From Propionibacteriaceae bacterium (GTDB lineage Bacteria; Actinomycetota; Actinomycetes; Propionibacteriales; Propionibacteriaceae): DNA of 64,000 nt. A model generated the notes under the pieces. That model was not told the DNA's origin, made no database searches, and saw only the letters and a list, made by a program, of their open reading frames with translations. The stretch is taken from the NCBI GenBank assembly GCA_031262485.1, contig JAISHO010000037.1, forward strand, positions 123,166 to 187,165, given 5' to 3'. Within the stretch, counting starts at the first letter, position 1. Each line of letters opens with the position of its first letter. Shown here piece by piece: positions 1-9,175 of the stretch. Made by a program: the position numbers and the translations under genes.

Positions 1-351
1 GTCGACGCGCACTGTGATGATCTCCATCGCCGTGCGCGCCCGGACGGCCTCGACCTCGAGGACGGCGAGGATACGGTCTCCGGCCTGGAGGGGGGCGTTG
101 AATTCGAAACGTTGATCGCCATGAATCGTTCGTGACAAGGCGATATCCGCCTCCGCGTCGGCGAAGAACAATTCCCAGGCTTGAGCGGCGATCACCGCCG
201 CCATCGTCGGCGGAGCGATCGGGTTCGGTTCGTTCTCCTCACCGGGCAGGCAGCCCAAGGCCCGGGAGAACTCGGTGATTTTCGCTTGGCTCACCTCATA
301 GGGATAGGCCAAGCGGTAGCGCCTTCCGACAAAGGACGAGGAGATCGACAT
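1..351 (-). CDS. MaoC-like (R)-hydratase / HadA-type dehydratase subunit; C-terminal part cut by window edge
   Basis: Own minus-strand translation from ATG (351-349): MSISSSFVGRRYRLAYPYEVSQAKITEFSRALG...TIHGDQRFEFNAPLQAGDRI. It stays open to position 1, so it is absent from the ORF track. It lies directly downstream of rpmG, as in the actinobacterial rpmG-MaoC/hadA arrangement. Confidence 0.6.
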   Translation of the reverse strand, partial: MSISSSFVGRRYRLAYPYEVSQAKITEFSRALGCLPGEENEPNPIAPPTMAAVIAAQAWELFFADAEADIALSRTIHGDQRFEFNAPLQAGDRILAVLEVEAVRARTAMEIITVRVD

Positions 352-411
352 GGTCACCACCTCATGACGCTCAGCGCACCACTGCGACAGCGGTCAACGG
401 CGCCGATGCGA

Positions 412-582
412 TCAGCGGGTCTCGCGGTGCGGCTGGTGCTTCTTGCAGTTCGGGCAGAACTTCTTGAGCTCGAGACGATCCGGATCGTTACGACGGTTCT
501 TCTTCGTGATGTAGTTACGCCACTTGCATTGGGTGCAGGCCATCGTGATCTTGGGCCGGATATCGCCCGCCTTCTTCGCCAT
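412..582 (-). CDS. rpmG: 50S ribosomal protein L33
   Basis: Own translation (56 aa, below the ORF-track size cutoff): [56 protein letters not shown]. It has the CxxC...CxxC zinc-ribbon typical of L33. The overlapping track ORFs 181-600(+) and 354-614(-) are Arg-rich shadows. Confidence 0.95.
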   Translation of the reverse strand: MAKKAGDIRPKITMACTQCKWRNYITKKNRRNDPDRLELKKFCPNCKKHQPHRETR

Positions 583-617
583 CGCCGTTCCTTAGTGTAA
601 TCGTCTCGAACCACCGG

Positions 618-691
618 TAGCGGGAGCGGGACTTGAACCCGCGACCTAGCGATTATGAGCCGCTCGCTCTAACCGTCTGAGCTATCCCGCC
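618..691 (-). tRNA. tRNA-Met (anticodon CAT), elongator type
   Basis: Minus strand reads GGCGGGATAGCTCAGACGGTTAGAGCG...CTCATAA (anticodon loop)...GGTCGCGGGTTCAAGTCCCGCTCCCGCTA. D-arm, T-arm GGTTCAAGTCC and a 7-bp acceptor stem fold by eye. The anticodon stem lacks the three G-C pairs of an initiator tRNA. Confidence 0.9.
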
Positions 692-715
692 TGGCACCTA
701 CCAGTGAGGTGACCG

Positions 716-788
716 AGCCCCCATGCGGAATCGAACCGCAGACCTTCTCCTTACCATGGAGACGCTCTACCGACTGAGCTATAGGGGC
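716..788 (-). tRNA. tRNA-Thr (anticodon GGT)
   Basis: Minus strand reads GCCCCTATAGCTCAGTCGGTAGAGCGTCTCCATGGTAAGGAGAAGGTCTGCGGTTCGATTCCGCATGGGGGCT. The anticodon stem is TCTCC/GGAGA and the loop ATGGTAA gives GGT. The T-loop GGTTCGATTCC is canonical. Confidence 0.9.
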
Positions 789-891
789 GCAACCCGTCGT
801 ACTCTACACAGCTTGGCCTAATCCGGCCACATGGCCGAACCGGCGCGCCCGGAACGAACCGAACGGCTGCGATGAGACGACGACGGACAGA

Positions 892-976
892 TGGTGGTGG
901 GTGTTGGATTTGAACCAACGTAGGCGATGCCGACGGTTTTACAGACCGTTCCCTTTGGCCACTCGGGCAACCCACC
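892..976 (-). tRNA. tRNA-Tyr (anticodon GTA), long variable arm, CCA encoded
   Basis: Minus strand reads GGTGGGTTGCCCGAGTGGCCAAAGGGAACGGTCTGTAAAACCGTCGGCATCGCCTACGTTGGTTCAAATCCAACACCCACCACCA. The anticodon loop CTGTAAA gives GTA. The Tyr-Thr-Met-rpmG order is as in other actinobacteria. Confidence 0.9.
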
Positions 977-998
977 AGAGACCTCTGTCCAGCGAGAA

Positions 999-1028
999 AC
1001 CATAGCAGGACTTCCATAGCCAGTTCAA
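999..1028 (-). promoter_or_regulatory. Candidate sigma-70-type promoter for the tRNA-Tyr/Thr/Met cluster
   Basis: Minus strand has TTGAAC (1028-1023), an 18-nt spacer, then TATGGT (1004-999). The -10 fits the actinobacterial TAnnnT pattern and ends about 22 nt upstream of the tRNA-Tyr 5' end. Confidence 0.3.
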
Positions 1029-1126
1029 GCCCGCCTCCCCGCGGCCAGTTCGCCTCGTGGCAGCGTCCCGCGAGCCGACGCGATCCGGCACAATGGTGGT
1101 CTCATCCGACTGCTGAGAGGCTCATC

Positions 1127-1963
1127 GTGACCGCAGCGACGAAGCGCATCGTCACCTTCAACGTCAATGGCATCCGGGCGGCCGACCGCCGTGGTTTCCG
1201 TGACTGGCTGGCCGGCGCCGCCCCCGACGTCCTCGCCCTCCAGGAGGTCCGCTGCCCGGTCGCGCAGTTGCCCGAGGGCGTCTTCGGCGACTACCACGTG
1301 GCCTACGATCCGGGCGAGTTGGCCGGGCGCAACGGGGTCGCCCTTCTCTCGCGCGTCGAGCCCGAAGCCGTCCGCGTCGGATTGCCTGACGACGAGGAGT
1401 TCGCCCACGAGGGGCGTTACATCGAAGCCGATTACGATCTCGACGGCGTTCCTGTCACCCTCGCCTCGCTCTACCTGCCCAAGGGCGCCGTCCCCGGAGA
1501 GACCGACGCGTCGACCGCCAAATTCGAGCGCAAGATGCGCTTCTGCGCCACCCTGGGACGCCATCTCGCCACCGCGTCCGCCGCCGCCGCGGCGACGGGC
1601 CGGGCCTACAGCGTCGTCGGGGATTTCAACATCGCCCGCACCCCCTTCGACCTCTACAACAACCATTCGAAGAAACCGCTCGACGGCTTCCTGCCGGAAG
1701 AACGTGAATGGTTGACCGACGCCCTCGATCTCGGCGTCGCCGACGTCGTCCGTTCCCTCCACCCCGATGAGCAAGGGCCGTATTCCTGGTGGAGTTGGCG
1801 GGGCGCCTCGTGGACGCGGAACTACGGCTGGCGCATCGACTATCACCTCGCCACCGCCGCGTTGGCCGAGCGGGCCGCCGCCGGCGACACCGACCGTCCC
1901 GACAGTTATGAGACCCGGGTCTCCGACCACGCCCCCGTCGTCGTCGACTACACCTGGCAGTGA
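1127..1963 (+). CDS. xthA: Exodeoxyribonuclease III / AP endonuclease (EEP fold)
   Basis: 278-aa ORF: RIVTFNVNGIRAA...VLALQEVR...VVGDFNIA...WRIDYHL...VSDHAPVVVDY, the typical ExoIII catalytic motifs. GTG start is preceded by GAGAGG. Confidence 0.85.
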   Translation: MTAATKRIVTFNVNGIRAADRRGFRDWLAGAAPDVLALQEVRCPVAQLPEGVFGDYHVAYDPGELAGRNGVALLSRVEPEAVRVGLPDDEEFAHEGRYIEADYDLDGVPVTLASLYLPKGAVPGETDASTAKFERKMRFCATLGRHLATASAAAAATGRAYSVVGDFNIARTPFDLYNNHSKKPLDGFLPEEREWLTDALDLGVADVVRSLHPDEQGPYSWWSWRGASWTRNYGWRIDYHLATAALAERAAAGDTDRPDSYETRVSDHAPVVVDYTWQ

Positions 1964-2020
1964 TTCCCCCGCCGGCGCCGCGCTGGTGGCGCCCGTCTCC
2001 ATCGTGGGCCCCCGGCGCGG

Positions 2021-3652
2021 TCAGGACGGGCTGACCAGACTCGCCTGTTTGCCGCGCGCGCCCCTGCGACGACGCCATTCGTTGTAGTAGACGGCCCAGG
2101 CGAAGACGCCGATGGCGGCGATGCCGAGCGCGAGGTTGCCGTTGCGCCACGCCAAGTTGATAGCCCCGTAGCACAGCAACACGATGACGACGACGACCGC
2201 CACCCGGGGGATCCTCCGCCCCGGTGGGAGCGGGAGGATGAGCGTGCCCCAGAGCACGTACCACGAGTGGAGGGCGGGGGCGCCGAAGGCGATCGCGAGC
2301 CACCCCCAGGCGAGCGCCCGGAACGGCTCACGGGGAGCGATGACGACGGCGAAGAGCACCGCCAAGCCGAAGCCCAGCGCGATGCCGAGGCCACGGAAGA
2401 ACCGGATGTAACCCCGGTGGCCTGGATCGACGACGAACTGGACGGCCTCGCCGACGAGCGTCGAAGGACTGACCGTCGTCGCCATGCCGGGCACGTCGAC
2501 CGCGTCGATCCACCCGAACCCGAGCCCGCAGGCCCACGAGACGAGAACGAACGTCGCGACCGCCACGGCGAGGCTGACGACCGCCCAGCCGGCCGCCGCG
2601 AAGACGAGACGCCAGGGGGCGATCCGGAAGAAATCGCCGGCCGCCTTGACGATCGCGGCCACGCGGGCACTCCCCTGCTTCCGGGCGGAGCGGGCGAGGA
2701 GACGGGGATCGGGCCAGGTCCCGATCGGGCGGGCGACGAGGGGAAGGATGTAGGCGGCTAGGAAGGCGGGCTGTTTGATGGCGGCGGCGATCCCGACGAC
2801 GACGGCGGCAAGCGGCCAAGCGCCGGGGCGGCAGGCCAACCAGAGGGCGGCGACGACGAGCCCCATCATGAGGGCGTCGTTGTGCGCGCCTCCGACGAAA
2901 TCGATGACGAGCAGGGGATTGAGGCAGGCGAACCAGGCGACCGGGCGCGGGTCATAGCCCAACCGACGGGTGATCCTCGGCAGAAGGGCGACGATGAGAG
3001 CGACCCCGATGAGAGCGGGGATGCGCATGAGGAGGGCGGCGGTCATCGGATGGAACCCGGACAGGTCGACGAGTCCATGTTGGATCTGGAGGCTGAGAGG
3101 CCCATAGGGAGCTGGGGTATAACGCCACACCCACGCCACGAGATCGGCGAAAGCCCCCGGCAACGCGCCCGGGCCGGCCTCGTAGGGGTTGATCCCGTTG
3201 TGAATGAGCCACCCCTGGGCGCCGTAAGAGTAGGCGTCGTGGCTGAAGATCGGCGGGGCGGGGAGAAAAGGCACCGACCAGATCGCGAGGATAGCCGGGG
3301 CGGTGACCTCGTCGCTGATCGAGCGGCGCAGGCGGAACCATCCGTCGACGAGGCACCAGATGCCGGCGATGACAATGAGCGTTCCGACGAACTTCGCCGC
3401 GGTGCCATCGAAGTGGATCGCCCGTAACGGCTCCCACAAGGGAGAAGCCTGGGGCAAGTAAGCCGGGGTGAAGGAGCCGAGAGCGATCGCGAACGTCCCG
3501 GCGAAGCCTTGGCGAACCGGACCGAGCGCCCATGCGGCCCCCACCTCGGCGGGGAAACGGCGCCATCGCCTCAGCGCGGAGGATTCGAGCGCGGAGGAAG
3601 AACCGGACACGCCTGACGACGAGTCCGGGCCGGAGGCGGGAGGGTCGCCCAT
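2021..3652 (-). CDS. Polytopic GT-C-type membrane glycosyltransferase, MptA/MptB/DUF2029 (GT87)-like polyprenol-phosphate-mannose mannosyltransferase candidate
   Basis: 543 aa with more than 10 hydrophobic helices. The first extracytoplasmic loop, FSHDAYSYGAQGWLIHNGINPY, resembles the S-x-D-x-Y-x-Y loop of mycobacterial GT87/DUF2029 enzymes (family recalled from memory). Exact start is uncertain. Confidence 0.5.
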   Translation of the reverse strand: MGDPPASGPDSSSGVSGSSSALESSALRRWRRFPAEVGAAWALGPVRQGFAGTFAIALGSFTPAYLPQASPLWEPLRAIHFDGTAAKFVGTLIVIAGIWCLVDGWFRLRRSISDEVTAPAILAIWSVPFLPAPPIFSHDAYSYGAQGWLIHNGINPYEAGPGALPGAFADLVAWVWRYTPAPYGPLSLQIQHGLVDLSGFHPMTAALLMRIPALIGVALIVALLPRITRRLGYDPRPVAWFACLNPLLVIDFVGGAHNDALMMGLVVAALWLACRPGAWPLAAVVVGIAAAIKQPAFLAAYILPLVARPIGTWPDPRLLARSARKQGSARVAAIVKAAGDFFRIAPWRLVFAAAGWAVVSLAVAVATFVLVSWACGLGFGWIDAVDVPGMATTVSPSTLVGEAVQFVVDPGHRGYIRFFRGLGIALGFGLAVLFAVVIAPREPFRALAWGWLAIAFGAPALHSWYVLWGTLILPLPPGRRIPRVAVVVVIVLLCYGAINLAWRNGNLALGIAAIGVFAWAVYYNEWRRRRGARGKQASLVSPS

Positions 3653-3811
3653 GCATCGGCCTTCCTGAGGATTGCGAAAACCCGACGCCGCGGACCGCTC
3701 GGCCGGGGCGAGGCTTCAGAACAACTTTACCGATGAACCCTCGAATCCGACGATTTCCCACTCGTCGTCATCGTCGATTGGATTAGGCTTAATGGGTTGA
3801 AGGGAGCCCCC

Positions 3812-5707
3812 GTGGTCGACGTCGTCACTCTTGATCGCATCATCATCCGTTTCGCCGGGGATTCCGGCGACGGCATGCAATTGACCGGCGACCGTTTCAC
3901 CGCTGAGACCGCCCATCAGGGCAATGATTTGGCCACCCTGCCGAGCTATCCGGCTGAGATCCGCGCCCCTCAGGGGACGGTGCCGGGAGTGTCGAGCTTC
4001 CAGATCCAGTTCGCCGATCATGACATCTCCACCCCGGGCGATCGGCCCGACGTCCTCGTCGCCATGAACCCGGCCGCCCTCAAGGCCCATCTGCCCGACC
4101 TCGCCGACGGCGGGATCATCGTCGTCGACGCCGGCGAGTTCACCTCCCGGGCACTCACGAAGGCCGGGTACTCTTCCGATCCCTTGACCGACGGGTCGCT
4201 TCAGGGGCGCGCTGTCGTGGCGCCCGACCTGACCGCCTTGACGGTGGCGGCTGTCGCGGATCTCGGCGTCACTCGCAAGGAGGCGACACGCTCGAAAAAC
4301 ATGTTCGCCTTGGGCCTCGTCACCTGGCTGTACAGCCGCCCGACGGCGCCGACCGAGGATTACCTGACACGCCGTTTCGCCCAACAGCCCGCCGTGCGTG
4401 ACGCCAACCTGGCAGCTTTCCGAGCCGGGCACGCTTTCGGCGAGACGAGCGAGTTGTTCGCCCATCGCTACGAGATCGCGGCCGCGCCGATGCCACCGGG
4501 CGTCTATCGTCACATCAACGGCAACCAAGCGATGGCTTACGGGCTCATGACGGGCGCTCATCTGGCCGGACTCGGGCTCGTCTGCGGCACCTATCCGATC
4601 ACCCCGGCCTCCGACATCCTCCACGAGTTGGCCCGCCATAAGAACCATGGGGTGACGACCGTCCAGGCCGAGGACGAGATCGCCGGGGTGGGCGTCGCGC
4701 TCGGCGCCTCCTTCGCCGGCGCCCTCGGGGTGACGACGACGTCGGGGCCCGGGCTGGCGTTGAAGACGGAGACGATCAATCTCGCCGTCATGACGGAACT
4801 CCCTCTCGTCGTCGTCGACGTCCAGCGGGCCGGCCCCTCGACGGGGTTGCCGACGAAGACGGAGCAGGCCGACCTCTTCGCCGCTCTCGTCGGGCGTCCG
4901 GGCGAATCACCGGTGCCGGTGTTGGCCCCGGGAACCCCAGCGGAATGCTTCGACGTCGCCGTCGAGGCCTGCCGCATCGCCGTCACCTATCGCACTCCGG
5001 TCATCGTCTTGTCCGACGGCTACCTCGGCAATGGCGCGGAGCCGTGGCAGGTGCCGCGGGTCGAGGACATGGCGCCGATCGACCCGGCTTTCGAGACGGA
5101 GCCCAACGGCGTCTCGGCCTCAGGCGCGCCGCGCCATCTGCCTTACCGGCGTGATCCGCAGACACTGGCCCGGGCCTGGGCCGTCCCGGGGACCCCGGGA
5201 CTCGAGCACCGGATCGGCGGCTTGGAGAAATCCGAATCGGGGGCGATCTCCTACGATCCCGACAACCACGAGACGATGGTGCGGGTGCGGGCGGCCAAGA
5301 TCGCGGGCGTCCCGGTGGCCGATCTCACCGTCGACGATCCCAGCGGCCGAGCCGACGTCCTCGTGCTCGGATGGGGATCGACGGCCGGGCCGATCCGAGC
5401 CGGGGCCGACCTGCTTCGTCAGGGCGGACACGAGGTCGCCACCGCCCACCTGCGCCACCTCAACCCGCTGCCCGCCAACCTGGCCGAGGTGCTCGAACGT
5501 TACGACCGCGTCGTCGTCCCCGAACTCAACCTCGGGCAATTGGCCTTGACATTGAGAGCCGTCTTCTCAGCCCGCGTGACGAGCCTCAGCCAGGTGCGCG
5601 GCATGCCTCTGACAGCGCACGACGTCGCTGACTTCGTGGCCAACCTCGAGATGGAATCCGACTCCTCGCCCCACGAGACGAGCGCGACTGGAAGGACGGC
5701 GGCATGA
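3812..5707 (+). CDS. korA: 2-oxoglutarate/2-oxoacid:ferredoxin oxidoreductase, alpha subunit
   Basis: IIIRFAGDSGDGMQLTG...YPITPASDILHEL...DVQRAGPSTGLPTKTEQADL. I prefer the GTG at 3812 (SD GAAGGGAG 5 nt upstream) over the track's TTG at 3797. The stop overlaps the korB start (ATGA). Confidence 0.9.
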   Translation: MVDVVTLDRIIIRFAGDSGDGMQLTGDRFTAETAHQGNDLATLPSYPAEIRAPQGTVPGVSSFQIQFADHDISTPGDRPDVLVAMNPAALKAHLPDLADGGIIVVDAGEFTSRALTKAGYSSDPLTDGSLQGRAVVAPDLTALTVAAVADLGVTRKEATRSKNMFALGLVTWLYSRPTAPTEDYLTRRFAQQPAVRDANLAAFRAGHAFGETSELFAHRYEIAAAPMPPGVYRHINGNQAMAYGLMTGAHLAGLGLVCGTYPITPASDILHELARHKNHGVTTVQAEDEIAGVGVALGASFAGALGVTTTSGPGLALKTETINLAVMTELPLVVVDVQRAGPSTGLPTKTEQADLFAALVGRPGESPVPVLAPGTPAECFDVAVEACRIAVTYRTPVIVLSDGYLGNGAEPWQVPRVEDMAPIDPAFETEPNGVSASGAPRHLPYRRDPQTLARAWAVPGTPGLEHRIGGLEKSESGAISYDPDNHETMVRVRAAKIAGVPVADLTVDDPSGRADVLVLGWGSTAGPIRAGADLLRQGGHEVATAHLRHLNPLPANLAEVLERYDRVVVPELNLGQLALTLRAVFSARVTSLSQVRGMPLTAHDVADFVANLEMESDSSPHETSATGRTAA

Positions 5708-6771
5708 CGACCACGACCTCTCCCCTGCCCGACGGCCTCGCTGGGCTGCCCCTGGCCACGACGAGTTCCGCCCGAGGCGATTTCGTCTCCGAAGCCGAGG
5801 TGCGCTGGTGCCCTGGCTGTGGCGATTACGCCGTCTTAGCGGCGTTCCAGAGCTTTCTGCCCAGCCTCGGCATCCCGCGTGAGAACATGGTCGTCGTCTC
5901 CGGCATCGGCTGCTCTTCGCGTTTTCCCTACTATGTCGACACCTACGGCATGCACTCGATCCACGGGCGGGCGCTGCCGATCGCGACGGGGATCGCCGTG
6001 GCCCGGCCCGATCTGACGGTCTGGGTCGTCACCGGCGACGGCGACGCCCTCTCGATCGGGGGCAACCATCTCATCCATGCGCTGCGCCGCAACGTCAACT
6101 GCACGATCCTCCTCTTCAACAACCGGATCTACGGATTGACGAAAGGGCAGTACTCCCCCACCTCGGAGCAGGGGAAGGTGACGAAATCCTCCCCGGTCGG
6201 CTCGCCCGACTACCCCTTCAACCCCGTCTCGCTGGCCTTGGGCGCGGAGGCCACCTTCGTCGCCCGGGCGATCGACAGCGATCGGGCCGGGCTGACGGAG
6301 ATTCTCCACGCCGCTGCCGCCCACCGGGGCGCCGCCCTCGTCGAGATCTATCAGAACTGCCCGATCTTCAACGATGGCGCCTACGCCACCCTCAAGGGGG
6401 CTGAATCCGGCGACCACCTCATCCGACTCGTCGACGGTGAGCCGATCATCTGGGCCCAGGGCAACCGGGGGCTGACCCGTGATCCAGTCAGCGGCGCCTT
6501 GTCACCGGTCGACGTCGCCGAAGCGGGCATCGACCACATCGTCCGCCATGACGCCACCCGGGAAGACCCCAGCCTCGCCTTCGCGCTCTCCCGGCTCAGC
6601 GACCTGACGGCCAGGATCGACCACACCCCGATCGGCATCTTCCGCCGGGTCGACCGTCCGACCTATGACGACGTCGTCCGCGAACAGGTCACCGTCGCCG
6701 GTGACCGCCAGGAAGCTGCCCGGGCGCTCCAGCAGGTGCTCGTCGGGCCCGATCCCTGGACGATCGTCTGA
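5704..6771 (+). CDS. korB: 2-oxoglutarate/2-oxoacid:ferredoxin oxidoreductase, beta (TPP-binding) subunit
   Basis: WCPGCGDY...GIGCSSRFPYY...HGRALPIATG...GDGDALSIGGNH, the TPP motif and Cys motif of KorB/OorB-type subunits. Confidence 0.9.
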   Translation: MTTTTSPLPDGLAGLPLATTSSARGDFVSEAEVRWCPGCGDYAVLAAFQSFLPSLGIPRENMVVVSGIGCSSRFPYYVDTYGMHSIHGRALPIATGIAVARPDLTVWVVTGDGDALSIGGNHLIHALRRNVNCTILLFNNRIYGLTKGQYSPTSEQGKVTKSSPVGSPDYPFNPVSLALGAEATFVARAIDSDRAGLTEILHAAAAHRGAALVEIYQNCPIFNDGAYATLKGAESGDHLIRLVDGEPIIWAQGNRGLTRDPVSGALSPVDVAEAGIDHIVRHDATREDPSLAFALSRLSDLTARIDHTPIGIFRRVDRPTYDDVVREQVTVAGDRQEAARALQQVLVGPDPWTIV

Positions 6772-6773
6772 GC

Positions 6774-6796
6774 GGTCGCTCGTTCGGGCAGCGATC
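6774..6796 (+). terminator. Candidate intrinsic terminator after korB
   Basis: GGTCGCT-(9 nt loop)-AGCGATC forms a 7-bp stem (one G.U) starting 3 nt after the korB stop. It is followed by CTTCTTC. Weak U-tract. Confidence 0.3.
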
Positions 6797-6880
6797 CTTC
6801 TTCGGGCCCGAGTCGTCGGATCACAAGCCGCTGGGGCGACGCCACAGGCGAACCGCCCGTCATCGCGGCGACCCTCGGTC

Positions 6881-9175
6881 TCAGCCGAAGGGGCGCCCGC
6901 TCTGAATCTCCTCGAGCCAGGCCCTCACCTGCGCCGGGTCAGAGGTGGACGCCCGGTCGGGGGGCTCATAGCGTTCACTCTCGGCCGCTTGGGCCAGCTG
7001 TCGCAGCGCGCCGGCCGCGTCCCCTGTCAGGGTGGGGGCGAGGATCTCAGTGGTGCGCCGGATCGTGTCCCCAGGTTCGACCACGCCGCGGAGCAACGCC
7101 TCCTCGCGCAAAGTCTCCCAGGCTTCGGCGGCGCTGAGAGAGCGATGACGATCCCGCCAGACGAGCGCCGCGGTGAGGGCGATCAACCCGGCGAGAAGGA
7201 CGAGGGCGACGATCCCCTTGACGGTGGCCGGAGCGAGGGAATCGTCGGCGGCGCCGATATCGGCCCCAGGAGCGGTCGTCGGCGTCACCGGCTCGGCTGT
7301 GGGAGCGAGATCGTCGATCGTGGGGACGGCCAGAGGCGACTCGCTCGGCGCGGTCGTGCCAGCGATCGGGGCGGGGGCGACGATGCTGGCTCCGGGGGTG
7401 GGTTCGAAGGGGACCCAGCCGACGCCGTCGAGATAGGCCTCGGGCCAGGCGTGAGCGTTGGCTCCCGTGACCGACGACCAGGCGACTCCGTTCTCATCGA
7501 CCTGGCTCGCGGGGATGACGAATCCGATGGTGACCCGGGTCGGGATGGCGAGGGTGCGGGCCATGATCGCCATCGTGGTGGCGTATTGGGCGCAGAACCC
7601 ACGCCGGTTCTGGAGGAAATCCCACAACTCGTCCCCGCTGCGCCCGACCGGCACCGACAGGTCGTAGACGAACTGGTTGCCGTGGAAGAAGGCCGCCAAG
7701 GTCTCGAGCTTCTCGACGTCGGTGAGAGGCTCCCGGTTCGCCGCCGCTTCATCGATCAACCCTTGGGTGAAGGCGGCGATGTCAGCCATGTGCGGGGTGT
7801 CGGGTAAGGCGAGGGCGGACTCATACCAATCCTCGTTCGATATCGCTCCTACAGGCTCTTGAGCCGATGGCACAGAAGCGGAGCTGCGGGCCTGGGGATC
7901 GGCGTGCCAGGTGACGAGGTCGTAGACGGTCCCCTGAGCCAACGGTGGGTTCTGGGTGAGGCTGTCGGAGACGGGGTGATACGACGCCGCGCTGAAGAGC
8001 GGGTCGACCTCCCCTGCCCCGTCGGCGGTCAAGAGGGTGAGGAGGCGCGGGCCCGTCGTCAGCGGGATCTGCGACTGCGACAACCCCTCGATGACGATCT
8101 CGCGCTGCGAGGTCGCCGGCCAGAGCGGGTCGGGCTGCCCGGCCGGATCGAGAGGAAGGAGGGCCAGCGGTTGCCCGGGTGCGCTCACCTGAGGGTCGAC
8201 GGCGGGGATGGCGGTCGTCGATCCCCACCAGGGGACGCCGCTGCTGTAGTCGACCGGAACCGCGTCGCCGGTCGCCTCAGGGGCGGCGGCCCAGGTGGTC
8301 CCGTCGAAGGAGTAGCGCGATTCGAGACTGAGCCGTTGCCCTCCCGGGTCGCTCGCCACCGCCGCCTCCCCCTCGAGCAGACGGGTGCGCAGGAACAGAG
8401 TGCTGGATTGCTCAAGGAGATCGGTGGAGACGTCGAGGCCGAGATCGACGTGGTTCGACTCCGTCTGCCTCCACTGCCTCATCCAGGCCTCGCCCTGCCC
8501 CCATCCGGGCAGGCTGGCGATCAGCGGCGACCCGATGGTTCCGGCCAGCAGGCTGATCGCGATGACGGCGACGCCGAGGCCGATCGGCCATTCGACCGTC
8601 GTCCGCTCCCCGCCCCAGGCCAACAGGGCGAGGAAGCAGATCACGGTGGCGGTCGCCCAACCCCAAGCGATCGGCCCGTCCAGCCCGATGACGAAGGCCC
8701 AGGGGGCGGCGACGACCAGCCCGATGAGGGCCGGTTTGGCGAGGTCGACGGCGAGGAGGAGGACGACGACCGTCGAGACGGCGAAGAGCGCCGCGATGAG
8801 GGGGACGATGACCTGAGGCCGGGTGACGGGAACGATCTCGATCTGGATGGCGGTCAAGGCCAAGGCGATGAGGTCGCCGAGATCACGCAACGACGTCGGT
8901 GTCGGCACGAGACCGACGATGGCGTTGTCTGGCGTGTACCGGGCTGTCAAAGCGATGGCCCCCGCCAACAGGCCGGAGGAGCCCGGCGCCAGACCGCCCA
9001 CCGCCGGCCCCCACCGGCGCGTGATCCACCGCACCGCTGTCACGGTGGCGGCGACGATCGCCATGAAGACGAACACCTCCGCCAACCACTGTGATCCCCC
9101 CATGAGGGTCGTCAGCCCTCCCGCAGCTGATCCGAGGGTCGCGGTCGCAAGAATCGTCGTGAGGAGTCGTCTCAT
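6881..9175 (-). CDS. Transglutaminase-domain polytopic membrane protein (TgpA/DUF3488-like)
   Basis: N-terminal multi-TM block, then the transglutaminase core FCAQYATTMAIMARTLAIPTRV...NAHAWPEAYLDGVGWVPFEPTP (Cys-His-Asp/Glu), then a C-terminal TM. I moved the start to the ATG at 9175, which overlaps the DUF58 stop (ATGA). The track's extra 32 aa would overlap DUF58. Confidence 0.85.
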   Translation of the reverse strand: MRRLLTTILATATLGSAAGGLTTLMGGSQWLAEVFVFMAIVAATVTAVRWITRRWGPAVGGLAPGSSGLLAGAIALTARYTPDNAIVGLVPTPTSLRDLGDLIALALTAIQIEIVPVTRPQVIVPLIAALFAVSTVVVLLLAVDLAKPALIGLVVAAPWAFVIGLDGPIAWGWATATVICFLALLAWGGERTTVEWPIGLGVAVIAISLLAGTIGSPLIASLPGWGQGEAWMRQWRQTESNHVDLGLDVSTDLLEQSSTLFLRTRLLEGEAAVASDPGGQRLSLESRYSFDGTTWAAAPEATGDAVPVDYSSGVPWWGSTTAIPAVDPQVSAPGQPLALLPLDPAGQPDPLWPATSQREIVIEGLSQSQIPLTTGPRLLTLLTADGAGEVDPLFSAASYHPVSDSLTQNPPLAQGTVYDLVTWHADPQARSSASVPSAQEPVGAISNEDWYESALALPDTPHMADIAAFTQGLIDEAAANREPLTDVEKLETLAAFFHGNQFVYDLSVPVGRSGDELWDFLQNRRGFCAQYATTMAIMARTLAIPTRVTIGFVIPASQVDENGVAWSSVTGANAHAWPEAYLDGVGWVPFEPTPGASIVAPAPIAGTTAPSESPLAVPTIDDLAPTAEPVTPTTAPGADIGAADDSLAPATVKGIVALVLLAGLIALTAALVWRDRHRSLSAAEAWETLREEALLRGVVEPGDTIRRTTEILAPTLTGDAAGALRQLAQAAESERYEPPDRASTSDPAQVRAWLEEIQSGRPFG

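Noticed and set aside
181-614. Track ORFs 181-600(+) and 354-614(-) over the rpmG region.
   Set aside because: Both are Arg-rich with no motifs. The 56-aa L33 reading frame (412-582, minus) and the MaoC-like frame (1-351, minus) explain the region.
600-1126. The tRNA cluster as a possible integration hotspot (genomic island, prophage att site).
   Set aside because: No integrase, recombinase or duplicated tRNA 3' fragment was seen in the flanks. The neighbours (rpmG, MaoC-like, xthA) are the conserved actinobacterial context.
1025-2002. 325-aa minus-strand ORF overlapping xthA, and ORFs 1626-2303(-) and 1948-2670(-).
   Set aside because: These are antisense or alternate-frame shadows of xthA and the GT-C membrane protein, with Gly/Arg/Pro-rich composition.
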